Below, in pieces: positions 56,281 to 64,000 of a DNA stretch of 64,000 bases. This stretch comes from Candidatus Bathyarchaeia archaeon (GTDB lineage Archaea > Thermoproteota > Bathyarchaeia > Bathyarchaeales > Bathycorpusculaceae): contig JAVYWL010000001.1 in the NCBI GenBank assembly GCA_038727135.1, positions 64,001 to 128,000 of the forward strand, written 5' to 3'. The notes below the pieces were generated by a model. The model was not told where the DNA came from and did not search any database. It saw only the letters and a list, made by a program, of their open reading frames with translations. Each line of letters starts with the position of its first letter. Positions within the stretch are counted from its first letter, which is position 1. Both the position numbers and the translations under genes were made by a program.

Positions 56281-57156
56281 ATGAGTGAAAAAGTCGGCTT
56301 TAATGGGCTCACGCCAACAGAATGGACGCGTTTAAGCAAGAGTGTCTGGACTGCACGGGAGGTTAGCTCTCCTCGGGAATGGTATCATCTTGAACATGGC
56401 GCAACCTTCTCGGTAGCCCTAGCGGAGAGAGTCATAAAGATATACACTAAAAAAGGCGACTTAGTGTTAGATCCTTTCCTTGGTGTTGGAACAACATTAG
56501 TTGCCGCTAAAAAACTTGGTAGGAGAGGCATAGGGATAGAACTATACCCAAAATTTGTAGAACTTGCGAAGCAAGTTTTAAGTCAACAGACGCTGGTTGA
56601 AAGCCCAGAGCAGAAGATTATTCAAGGTGACTGTAGGGATCTTTTGCAATGGATAGAGCCAAATAGCGTGCAACTAATGTTTACTTCTCCACCATATGCA
56701 AACTTTATCCATCGCTCAGTTGAAGATAGAGCAAAGACCCACAAAACTTCAAGGCTTGTATTAGATAATAAGTCTGTAGTAAAGCCTTATGGAGATGATC
56801 CAAGAGATTTTGGCAATCTCCCGTATGATGCTTTCATAAAAGAGATTCAAGGTCTTATGGAAAAATTGTATATAGTTACAAAGCCTGGAGGCTATAACAT
56901 TTGGGTGGTCAAAGACCATAGAGATCCGCAAAATGGACGACCATTTATAGATGTTCACTCTGATATAGCACATGCCGGTGAGAGGGCAGGTTTTCTTTAT
57001 CATGATCTTATAATTTGGGACCAAAATGAGCAGCGAAGTCTAGTTTTGTTAGGTTATCCATCAGTTTTCTATGTAAACATAAACCATACCTTCCTAGTAG
57101 TATTAAGGAAACCTCTTACGGAAAATAGAAGGAAATCTTATGAAATTTCCGAATAA
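56281..57156 (+). CDS. DNA amino-methyltransferase 1 (probably m4C)
   Basis: HGATF, DPFLGVGT, TSPPY. Confidence 0.88.
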   Translation: MSEKVGFNGLTPTEWTRLSKSVWTAREVSSPREWYHLEHGATFSVALAERVIKIYTKKGDLVLDPFLGVGTTLVAAKKLGRRGIGIELYPKFVELAKQVLSQQTLVESPEQKIIQGDCRDLLQWIEPNSVQLMFTSPPYANFIHRSVEDRAKTHKTSRLVLDNKSVVKPYGDDPRDFGNLPYDAFIKEIQGLMEKLYIVTKPGGYNIWVVKDHRDPQNGRPFIDVHSDIAHAGERAGFLYHDLIIWDQNEQRSLVLLGYPSVFYVNINHTFLVVLRKPLTENRRKSYEISE

Positions 57157-58327
57157 AGAAGAAATATTAAATGTAATACTGAATGCTCAAGATACTACTT
57201 ATCTAACTCATAACTTCCACCCATTTCCAGCCAAGTTTATACCTCAAATTCCAAATTTGATGATAAGGCTGTTTAGTCAGAGAAACGAATGCATATTTGA
57301 CCCTTTTTGCGGTAGCGGAACCACCCTTGTTGAAGCAAAGCTTCTAGGGAGAAATAGCGTAGGTGTCGATATTCACCCTTTAGGAGTTTTTATGGCAAAA
57401 GTTAAAACAACTAAGATACCTGAGGAATGTTTAAAAAAAGTGCCTGACCTTCTAAAAGCGATAGAAATAAAGATAGACGTATTTATTGGGAAACATTATA
57501 AAACCCTTCTTTCTTTTACCGAAAAAGCGGAAAATGAGGATTTGAACTATACACTTCCAAACTTCCCCAGAAGAAATCATTGGTTTCAAGAACATGTTTT
57601 GCACGAACTTGCAATCATAAAATCTTCATTAGTGAAGGATGATTTAAATCCCGATTTACGGGACCTTCTTCTTTTAGCATTTTCATGTATAATAGTTCCA
57701 GTTTCGAATCAAGATAGCGAAACACGATATGCGGCCGTCAAAAAGGAGATTTCACCAAAACAACCCTTTTTGCTTTTCAAGGAAAAAGTGCTGGATATGG
57801 TAAATAGGGTCAAGCTTTTCAATCGGGAAGCGAGTGATTGTGAGGCTAAGGTGTATCTTGCTGATTCAAGGAAACTTGATTTTATTGATGAAAATATTGC
57901 TGACTTCATCATAACGTCCCCGCCGTATCCTAATACATATGATTATTATCTTTATCATAAACTTAGAATGTTTTGGTTAGACATGGATTGGGAAAAAGCG
58001 AAGTTTAATGAAATAGGTTCCAGACTTAGACACTCTAGTCATAGGGAACCAATTGATACATATATAAAAGACATGACCCAATGTTTTGAACATTTTCGCC
58101 GAATTTTAAAACCGCAAAAGTTTTTTGTAATAGTTATTGGCGATTCAATTATCCGAAAGGAATTATGGAAGGGTGATGATGTGGTTTCTGAACTAGCCGA
58201 CAGATCCGGCTTTAAGGTTGTTGATAAAGTTGATTATAATCTCAGTTATGCAAGCAAAACGTTCAATCCAGCATTCAGAAATAAAACTAAGAACGAACAC
58301 ATTATTCTCCTTAAAAACGAAAAGTGA
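57140..58327 (+). CDS. DNA amino-methyltransferase 2 (alpha-type, probably m4C)
   Basis: HPFPAKF, DPFCGSGT, long insert, TSPPY, VIGDS. Confidence 0.9.
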   Translation: MKFPNKEEILNVILNAQDTTYLTHNFHPFPAKFIPQIPNLMIRLFSQRNECIFDPFCGSGTTLVEAKLLGRNSVGVDIHPLGVFMAKVKTTKIPEECLKKVPDLLKAIEIKIDVFIGKHYKTLLSFTEKAENEDLNYTLPNFPRRNHWFQEHVLHELAIIKSSLVKDDLNPDLRDLLLLAFSCIIVPVSNQDSETRYAAVKKEISPKQPFLLFKEKVLDMVNRVKLFNREASDCEAKVYLADSRKLDFIDENIADFIITSPPYPNTYDYYLYHKLRMFWLDMDWEKAKFNEIGSRLRHSSHREPIDTYIKDMTQCFEHFRRILKPQKFFVIVIGDSIIRKELWKGDDVVSELADRSGFKVVDKVDYNLSYASKTFNPAFRNKTKNEHIILLKNEK

Positions 58328-60150
58328 TGGTGATCATGATTAAGGAATTTAGGGTGTATTATGAATCTATAGAACAAGCCTACCACTATATCATTCCAAT
58401 ATTACAGAAGGCGCTGAGAGAAGCTCGAAACGTCGATATTAAACTAATTAAGTTAACTGGAAACTATAAAAGTTATAGCAAAAAGTTAGCTCCTATAATC
58501 TTTTGGAAAGAGCCCGATATACTAATAAGCGTAGTGGATGGCAATGAAGAATACCCGCTGATTCTTATAGAATTTTCAACCGCTGTTTTTACAGAAGATC
58601 ATGAACTTCAACGTTTTGATGGAATGATTGCAGCAGCAAAGAATAACGCCCTATACGCAAAAATATCTCCTACGGAAAAAATGTCCCCTTATGAACATGG
58701 AGGGAACATTGAATTTGATTATACACAACCATTCCGATTAATTTACTTGAAATATCGTAAACCGTATTTCCACTTTGAATGGAAATGTGACGAGAAAGGA
58801 ATGGCAATAACAGATCAGGAATACTGTTCATGTCCTGAACCCATACCTGAATTTGAAGTTTTGCTTTCAGCAATGATTAGGGAAATTACAAATAATGGAT
58901 ATTCAAAGGAATGGATTGATAATGTCTGTAATGTGCTGCAACGAATCGACTATTTTAAGAAGTGGTTAAGTAAACTTAGAAATAGCCCCCAAATAGATGT
59001 ATCTAAACTAAACACTTCCAGAACGCGTTACATTAAGAGAGACCCTATATTAAACTCAGAGGCATTAGAGGTTAAACTAAATAGATTTGGACATGCGATG
59101 GATCCCGAAAGAGGAATGTTAGCTTATTATGGAACTTTGACGTCGAATGTTATATCTAAGATGGTGTTTAGCCGTTTTACTGATGCATGGTATAAGGACA
59201 TACCAAAGGAGGATGAAATAAGGCAGCTTGTTAATGAAGGTCTTGTTAGCGTATATGACTTCTTGTATTGCTTCGCTCTTGGATCAGGTCTGTATGCAAA
59301 TGAAGAATTTATGGACGTTGTAGCTGCATATGAAAATTATGACGCAGATAACGTTGTAATTGACCTTACAGAATTTATTAAAAAGAACTTACATAGCTTG
59401 AGCAAGCCGTTAAAAACAATATTTATTTTTTCAAAACTTTTCGTCATTGAAGATGATACTGGTCAAAGGAAAGTTATATTTAAATGGGAGCCATATCATG
59501 AGCTTCATGCTTATGAAGATCACCCTGAAGTAACACCGATCACAGAAAGAAAGAAGCTTGATGAAGACGATGTAACTTACATAGTGATTCATAACATACT
59601 TAAGCCTAACGGATACAAAATAATTGCAGTGAGTTATCCAGGAGCCCAAGGAGACCGAAGAATTCTTGTTCAGCCAAAAACAGGACGCCGCCAACCAAGA
59701 ATATACATTGATATAATTTCATTTTTGCCTGGAAAAGTAACAAATCTTGTGGAAAACACAGGTGAGTATGCTCGACGTGATGTCCAAGAGAGAATAGATA
59801 AGTTATCATTGTTTAAGACAGAACAAGAATACATTCAAGGTCTTGACGACTTCAAGAAAATTTTCGCGCCAGAATCCGTCAATACGGTGACAAAAATAGG
59901 GGTAGGATTTTGGGCAAGCAACGCATTTACTCTTAATCATATCAAGGAGTTAGACCTAAAGGAACTAGATTATTTTGTTTACATAACACGTGATATGAAA
60001 CAGTGGAAAATATGGCGAACTGGCGAGGACAATATGTTTAGAATAAATCAAGGCATAGTTAGTGTTCCTAAAACTTACGACATACAAGATGCAACTGAAA
60101 GCTTTTCGCTCGAGAAGTGGGTTGATTGGCGAGCAAAGCAAACTTGTTAG
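58324..60150 (+). CDS. Putative restriction endonuclease
   Basis: Coupled to two methylases; EPD...IEFS...DHELQRF resembles a PD-(D/E)xK site. Confidence 0.6.
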   Translation: MMVIMIKEFRVYYESIEQAYHYIIPILQKALREARNVDIKLIKLTGNYKSYSKKLAPIIFWKEPDILISVVDGNEEYPLILIEFSTAVFTEDHELQRFDGMIAAAKNNALYAKISPTEKMSPYEHGGNIEFDYTQPFRLIYLKYRKPYFHFEWKCDEKGMAITDQEYCSCPEPIPEFEVLLSAMIREITNNGYSKEWIDNVCNVLQRIDYFKKWLSKLRNSPQIDVSKLNTSRTRYIKRDPILNSEALEVKLNRFGHAMDPERGMLAYYGTLTSNVISKMVFSRFTDAWYKDIPKEDEIRQLVNEGLVSVYDFLYCFALGSGLYANEEFMDVVAAYENYDADNVVIDLTEFIKKNLHSLSKPLKTIFIFSKLFVIEDDTGQRKVIFKWEPYHELHAYEDHPEVTPITERKKLDEDDVTYIVIHNILKPNGYKIIAVSYPGAQGDRRILVQPKTGRRQPRIYIDIISFLPGKVTNLVENTGEYARRDVQERIDKLSLFKTEQEYIQGLDDFKKIFAPESVNTVTKIGVGFWASNAFTLNHIKELDLKELDYFVYITRDMKQWKIWRTGEDNMFRINQGIVSVPKTYDIQDATESFSLEKWVDWRAKQTC

Positions 60151-60205
60151 GTTTGCGCTGTTTACAAAAATATTAAGGTCTTAGCGAATTTAATTGATGC
60201 TTGAC

Positions 60206-60334
60206 ATGAAAGTAGGTAAGTGCGCATACTGCGGTCGTAAAACTTCGTTATGGGAATTGCTACGATATAATGGAGTATGCTCAAAATGTTTTGCCATAGA
60301 AATTAACAAAAAGAAACGGAAGCCGATCCTCTAA
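60206..60334 (+). CDS. Tiny Zn-finger protein (42 aa, not in ORF track)
   Basis: MKVGKCAYCGRK...GVCSKCF. Confidence 0.5.
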   Translation: MKVGKCAYCGRKTSLWELLRYNGVCSKCFAIEINKKKRKPIL

Positions 60335-60421
60335 CGCTTTGCATATTTTATAATAGGATGGGCCCAATAACCAAGCGGGTAGGCTTCTGATTAAACTTTT
60401 TCACAAATAAAAAAGAAAGTT

Positions 60422-61525
60422 TTAGACCGTTATTACTCCAGCCTTTTTCCGCAAGTCTGTTATATAGTGTGCGTATCTTGGGTAGTATTGGTCTGCCTTT
60501 CGTTTAAGTTGCATGTAATGTTTAGCGCCTATGCTTTTTGGAACTCTTCCTTGGATGAAGTCTGCAACGCTTTCTGGGATGTTTAGCTTTTCGCTTGTCA
60601 TCATGTCGTTGGCAAATTTCCTCAGATACTTTGCCCTTGTATATTTGTGGAGTTGATGCCTTCTTTTCAGCCTAATTTCTGAAACCTTTTCATTTAACTT
60701 CTTTATCAACTGGTAGGTGTATTCTGTCATGTAGCAGTAATACGCTTGTTTTGAGCCTCTGAAAAACCCAACTGGGCAGCGGTAAAACCCTTCCAAATGT
60801 TCAGCCTCTGGAAAATTGTTCAGAAGCCTAACAACTTCCACAAGCCTCAAGCCAGAATCCAAAAGCAAGTTATACTCCGCCTGCAAAGGCAAAGGCTCAG
60901 AAACTATCCTCTTCAAGTCTGAAATTATCTGTTCCTCTTCTGGCACTTTAATGTCTATGCCAACTTCATCCTTGGGAATAGCTTTCCTTAAGCTGTCAAG
61001 AAACTCTTTAAACCGCCCATCAGGCTTGTTAATCTCTAAGCATTTAAACCAAGCCCGCATCGCCCTATTCAAATGATGTCTCTGCCCAGCGGTTAAAGGC
61101 GAAAACATTCGCATAACATCCAGAGGCTCTTTTAAAGGCTGCTTAACAAACCTATCTAAATAGCCAATCATATTCCTCGCATTAGCAGGCTCATAACGCT
61201 TAAACTCAACATACTGCAGAAACAGCTCCCTCGTTTCAGGCCAACTCAAAACAAATCCTTCACCCACTGCACCAGCAGCCAAAGAGCTTAAGGCTTCGCA
61301 AGGCTTTTCCACACGCCTCATCAACTCCCCAAGCCTATCTTCGCCTTCAAGGCTTGAAGCTAAAGAACCCAAAGCTTTACACTGCTCATCCACACGCTTT
61401 TTGAGCTCGCCTATTGTATCCTTGTGCATAGGACAGTCCTCCCAACATAGTTGGGACGGTCCCAGGACGGTCCCAAAAGCCAGTGGGCAAACCAGCCCGT
61501 TTCTGGCTTCTTTCTGCTGAAGCAA
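60422..61525 (-). CDS. int: Tyrosine integrase, SSV-like C-terminal fragment
   Basis: DSGLRLVE, RGSK, KYLRKF, DFIQGR, GAKHY; reading frame stays open back through the tRNA 3' part. Confidence 0.88.
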   Translation of the reverse strand: MLQQKEARNGLVCPLAFGTVLGPSQLCWEDCPMHKDTIGELKKRVDEQCKALGSLASSLEGEDRLGELMRRVEKPCEALSSLAAGAVGEGFVLSWPETRELFLQYVEFKRYEPANARNMIGYLDRFVKQPLKEPLDVMRMFSPLTAGQRHHLNRAMRAWFKCLEINKPDGRFKEFLDSLRKAIPKDEVGIDIKVPEEEQIISDLKRIVSEPLPLQAEYNLLLDSGLRLVEVVRLLNNFPEAEHLEGFYRCPVGFFRGSKQAYYCYMTEYTYQLIKKLNEKVSEIRLKRRHQLHKYTRAKYLRKFANDMMTSEKLNIPESVADFIQGRVPKSIGAKHYMQLKRKADQYYPRYAHYITDLRKKAGVITV

Positions 61526-61534
61526 GCAGATTTT

Positions 61535-61612
61535 TGGTGCTCCGGGCGGGATTCGAACCCGCGTCTCCGGCTCGAAAGGCCGGAATACTTGACCGGGCTA
61601 TACTACCGGAGC
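61535..61612 (-). tRNA. tRNA-Glu(TTC), intronless; integration target
   Basis: GCTCCGG...CCGGC-CTTTCGA-GCCGG...GGTTCGAATCCC-GCCCGGAGC-ACCA. Confidence 0.96.
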
Positions 61613-61672
61613 GCTATGAGCCCTTATTTTGGGTCTGGCATCATGCAAATATTTTCGGGTTTCGTTTAAACC

Positions 61673-62857
61673 TTATTCTTTTAGGGCTGTTTTTAAGCAT
61701 TCTTTTAGCGGTGCTAGGATGGTTTCTGCCTTGTTTAGGGCTGGCGCATAATGAGCTGTTTTTGCAGAGTTTGTCATTATTGTTCTTATTCCGAGCTTTT
61801 CTGTCCATGTAACTACGGCGCATGTGTCTGTTAGGATTTTGGCGCCGCTTGCCTCGATTTTATTCATATAAGCTTTAGCCCTTTTTTTTATTAAGTGGGA
61901 TGTGCAAATCCAAAATTCAACGTCATTTCTAACTTTTCGGTTTCCGATGGCATCTGCAATTTCTTTAATTTCCTGGAGGGAGCAGTGGGGACACCCAACA
62001 AAGACCAGGTCTGGTTTTTGCGTTGAGGCTGTTGTTAACTCTGCCACTGTTTCTTTGATGTCCTTTGCTTCCACAGTTATTTTTTCAAGCCTTTCTTCTA
62101 CTTTGACGCCTTCTCTATAATGGAACATGTTTACCATTCCGGCGGAGGCAAGCGCGGCACCCAACTGTTTCAAGTCTTCAGGTGACGGGTTTTTTAAGCC
62201 TTTGATTAGTGGGATTTTGTCTTCCAAAATTTTTCCCAGAGATATTCCCAAGGCTCCGTAATCAACTCTGTTTTCTAAAGTAGCCTTAATTTCGACCATG
62301 ACCTTTGGCTTGCGGTTCTCAGCTCTATGTATTCCACAGTCTGGTGTTTTGCCAATGAGGGCTGCTGCCAGAGCGCTTGGACCTCCTTCACGGTTTGTCC
62401 AAACTCCCAAAACGGAGTTGGCGTAGACAACGGCTGAGGATTCAGCCCATGCCAAGTGGGAGCCTCTCCTCGGCTCTTTAATGTAGTAGGGTGTGCATGT
62501 GAAAGATTTTTGGAAGCCGAGCTTATCGAAAATTTCGCAGAGCTTCAGCTGCCTTTCAACAAGATTTTTCGGAAGTCTCTTTGCCAAGTGTTCGGAGTCT
62601 AAACTTTGAGGGTTAAGGGTGGCTTCAACAGCGACTTTTTCGCCAGCATCCGCTAATGCTTCTAGAAAGTCTGTGGGTGCCTTGCCGAGGGTTTTGTATG
62701 AAACTCCGGAAACGTGGGCAGAGTCGATCGGTATAAGCCTAGGCGCATTGAAAAGCTCTCCAAGTTTGACAAGTATTTTCATGCAAACTTGCTTTGCCCA
62801 GCCGAATTCGCCGTCGTAAATGCGCTCTTCCTCTTTTGTTAGATACGTGCCTTTCAT
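61673..62857 (-). CDS. Aconitase X large subunit (putative phosphomevalonate dehydratase)
   Basis: AHVSGVSYKT, TCTPY, AWAESSAV.YANS, GCPH, DTC. Confidence 0.88.
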   Translation of the reverse strand: MKGTYLTKEEERIYDGEFGWAKQVCMKILVKLGELFNAPRLIPIDSAHVSGVSYKTLGKAPTDFLEALADAGEKVAVEATLNPQSLDSEHLAKRLPKNLVERQLKLCEIFDKLGFQKSFTCTPYYIKEPRRGSHLAWAESSAVVYANSVLGVWTNREGGPSALAAALIGKTPDCGIHRAENRKPKVMVEIKATLENRVDYGALGISLGKILEDKIPLIKGLKNPSPEDLKQLGAALASAGMVNMFHYREGVKVEERLEKITVEAKDIKETVAELTTASTQKPDLVFVGCPHCSLQEIKEIADAIGNRKVRNDVEFWICTSHLIKKRAKAYMNKIEASGAKILTDTCAVVTWTEKLGIRTIMTNSAKTAHYAPALNKAETILAPLKECLKTALKE

Positions 62858-63270
62858 CCCTCCACCGACTTCAGGATTTTAACAGTTCCTTTATGGGCAT
62901 CCACCTCAATCAAGTCGCCATTCTTAATCTTGCTTATGTCCACACTGTCCACCATTGGAATATTAGCTATAACCGCGCCAACAACAATAACGGGGTCAGC
63001 CTTGTAGTTTATTATGGCCTTTGGCGCCAAGCCCTTTTTGGCCAAAGAGTATAGGACGTAGCTGCCGACTGTTGAGCCGTGTCCATGGGGAAAACATAAA
63101 ACCTTATCTTTTATAGACTCGCCGAACAAGTCGTGCCTTTTCTCAATAATTTTTCCAGTTTCCGGATCGACATCTCCAAGGAAACTTATGGGTTTGGCGG
63201 AGACGAGCGCCTTTGCTTTACAGTATCCCTCAACGATTCCGCGCCCGCGCAGAACTATACACCTTGCCAT
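62854..63270 (-). CDS. Aconitase X swivel (DUF126) small subunit
   Basis: ISFLGDVDPETG, GSTVGSYV. Confidence 0.9.
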   Translation of the reverse strand: MARCIVLRGRGIVEGYCKAKALVSAKPISFLGDVDPETGKIIEKRHDLFGESIKDKVLCFPHGHGSTVGSYVLYSLAKKGLAPKAIINYKADPVIVVGAVIANIPMVDSVDISKIKNGDLIEVDAHKGTVKILKSVEG

Positions 63271-63281
63271 TTTAGGCGCCT

Positions 63282-64000
63282 TCAGTAGGATATTTTGGCT
63301 GATGATGGGATTTCGCCGAGGATTTTTGAGGCGGCTTCCGCCACCTTTCCACGATTTTTCTCGTCTGTGTAAACCCTTAAAATGTTTATGAAACCCTTTA
63401 GAACCTCAAATATTCCGGAAATCTCGCTAAGTCTCTTAACCTCCTTCCTTCCATCACGGGTTTTGCTGAAAACTGGGATTTCCATAGGCTCCATGAACAT
63501 AGAATGATGATACGGGACAGAAGGCACTGTTGGCACGTCAATTATTATGGCTTCTGGGTCAACTTTGGCGTCCTTTGCTATTCTGTTCCTTATCTGGTTG
63601 CGGAATTCTTCGGCGCCAAAAATGTTTGAAACTGTTTTGTCCTTAACGTAGAAAGTCTGCTCATAGGCACATTTCAGCATTCTCCGCCTCTCAAGATTCC
63701 TTATTATTGGACTGGATTTCTTGCAGTTTTTAAGCATAGTCCAAACCGTGTAGTCGTCCATTGCCAAATACTCCTCTGGAGTCTTAAAGGCGGACAAGCC
63801 TAGCTCTTCATCTGCCTTCTCAAGGGCTGTTGCCAGCATTATCTGGGCGGCTCTCCCAACGCGGTGGAAATATATGCTTTTGAAGGATTCTATCCTGGCT
63901 ATTATAAAGGATTCAAGGGTTGAAAGCGCCCCAACATCAACGGCTAGGTTTCCATCCAAAACATCGAAAGTGTGAATTAGACGAAAAACGTCTACGAAGC
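63282..64000 (-). CDS. HD-domain phosphohydrolase (dNTPase-like), C-terminal part
   Basis: ESFIIAR..FKSIYFHRVGR; 5' part lies outside the window. Confidence 0.75.
   Translation of the reverse strand, partial: FVDVFRLIHTFDVLDGNLAVDVGALSTLESFIIARIESFKSIYFHRVGRAAQIMLATALEKADEELGLSAFKTPEEYLAMDDYTVWTMLKNCKKSSPIIRNLERRRMLKCAYEQTFYVKDKTVSNIFGAEEFRNQIRNRIAKDAKVDPEAIIIDVPTVPSVPYHHSMFMEPMEIPVFSKTRDGRKEVKRLSEISGIFEVLKGFINILRVYTDEKNRGKVAEAASKILGEIPSSAKISY

Larger units (their letters stand above)
45600..61612. mobile_element. Defective provirus (head-tailed type) integrated at tRNA-Glu
   Basis: Integrase abutting the tRNA 3' end, prohead protease, truncated cement-like gene, helicase, RHH regulators, AT-rich cargo; no second att site seen, so the left border is approximate. 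Confidence 0.8.

Noticed and set aside
61451-61812. Plus-strand ORFs containing GRDSNP / AGFEPA
   Set aside because: Antisense shadows of tRNA-Glu
1-64000. CRISPR array, cas genes, transposases, reverse transcriptase
   Set aside because: No regularly spaced repeats or corresponding protein motifs were seen by eye

Overview
Archaeal chromosome segment, most consistent with Bathyarchaeia/TACK (inferred from gene content: unlinked 5S rRNA, two-intron tRNA, crenarchaeal-type SSB, DUF1512, AcnX mevalonate genes). Layout: (1) 1-15.9 kb housekeeping genes (PolB, dnaG, tyrS, pheST, trpS, map), a stand-alone 5S rRNA, and an unannotated ~265-nt, extensively base-paired, possibly pseudoknotted RNA candidate upstream of tyrS. 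(2) 16-35 kb catabolic cluster between 5S rRNA and tRNA-Trp (APC permease, metallophosphoesterase, nucleotidyltransferase-like protein, DUF917, FAD/Fe-S oxidoreductases, KdgK and an Eda-VOC fusion, tungsten AOR module, aminotransferase). (3) 35-45.4 kb tRNA-Trp with two introns, TRAM-SSB-TRAM, an ABC/S-layer-like operon, and a DUF35-HMG-CoA synthase fusion beside a thiolase homolog lacking canonical catalytic motifs. (4) ~45.6-61.6 kb defective head-tailed provirus at tRNA-Glu, inside a mevalonate gene cluster. It carries a tyrosine integrase, a two-methylase R-M system, a helicase, a prohead protease and a cargo cassette pairing a Panacea/SocA-like protein with a propeptide-less proteasome-beta-like protease. 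(5) AcnX subunits and an HD protein. All calls come from reading motifs by eye; no database searches or folding programs were run.
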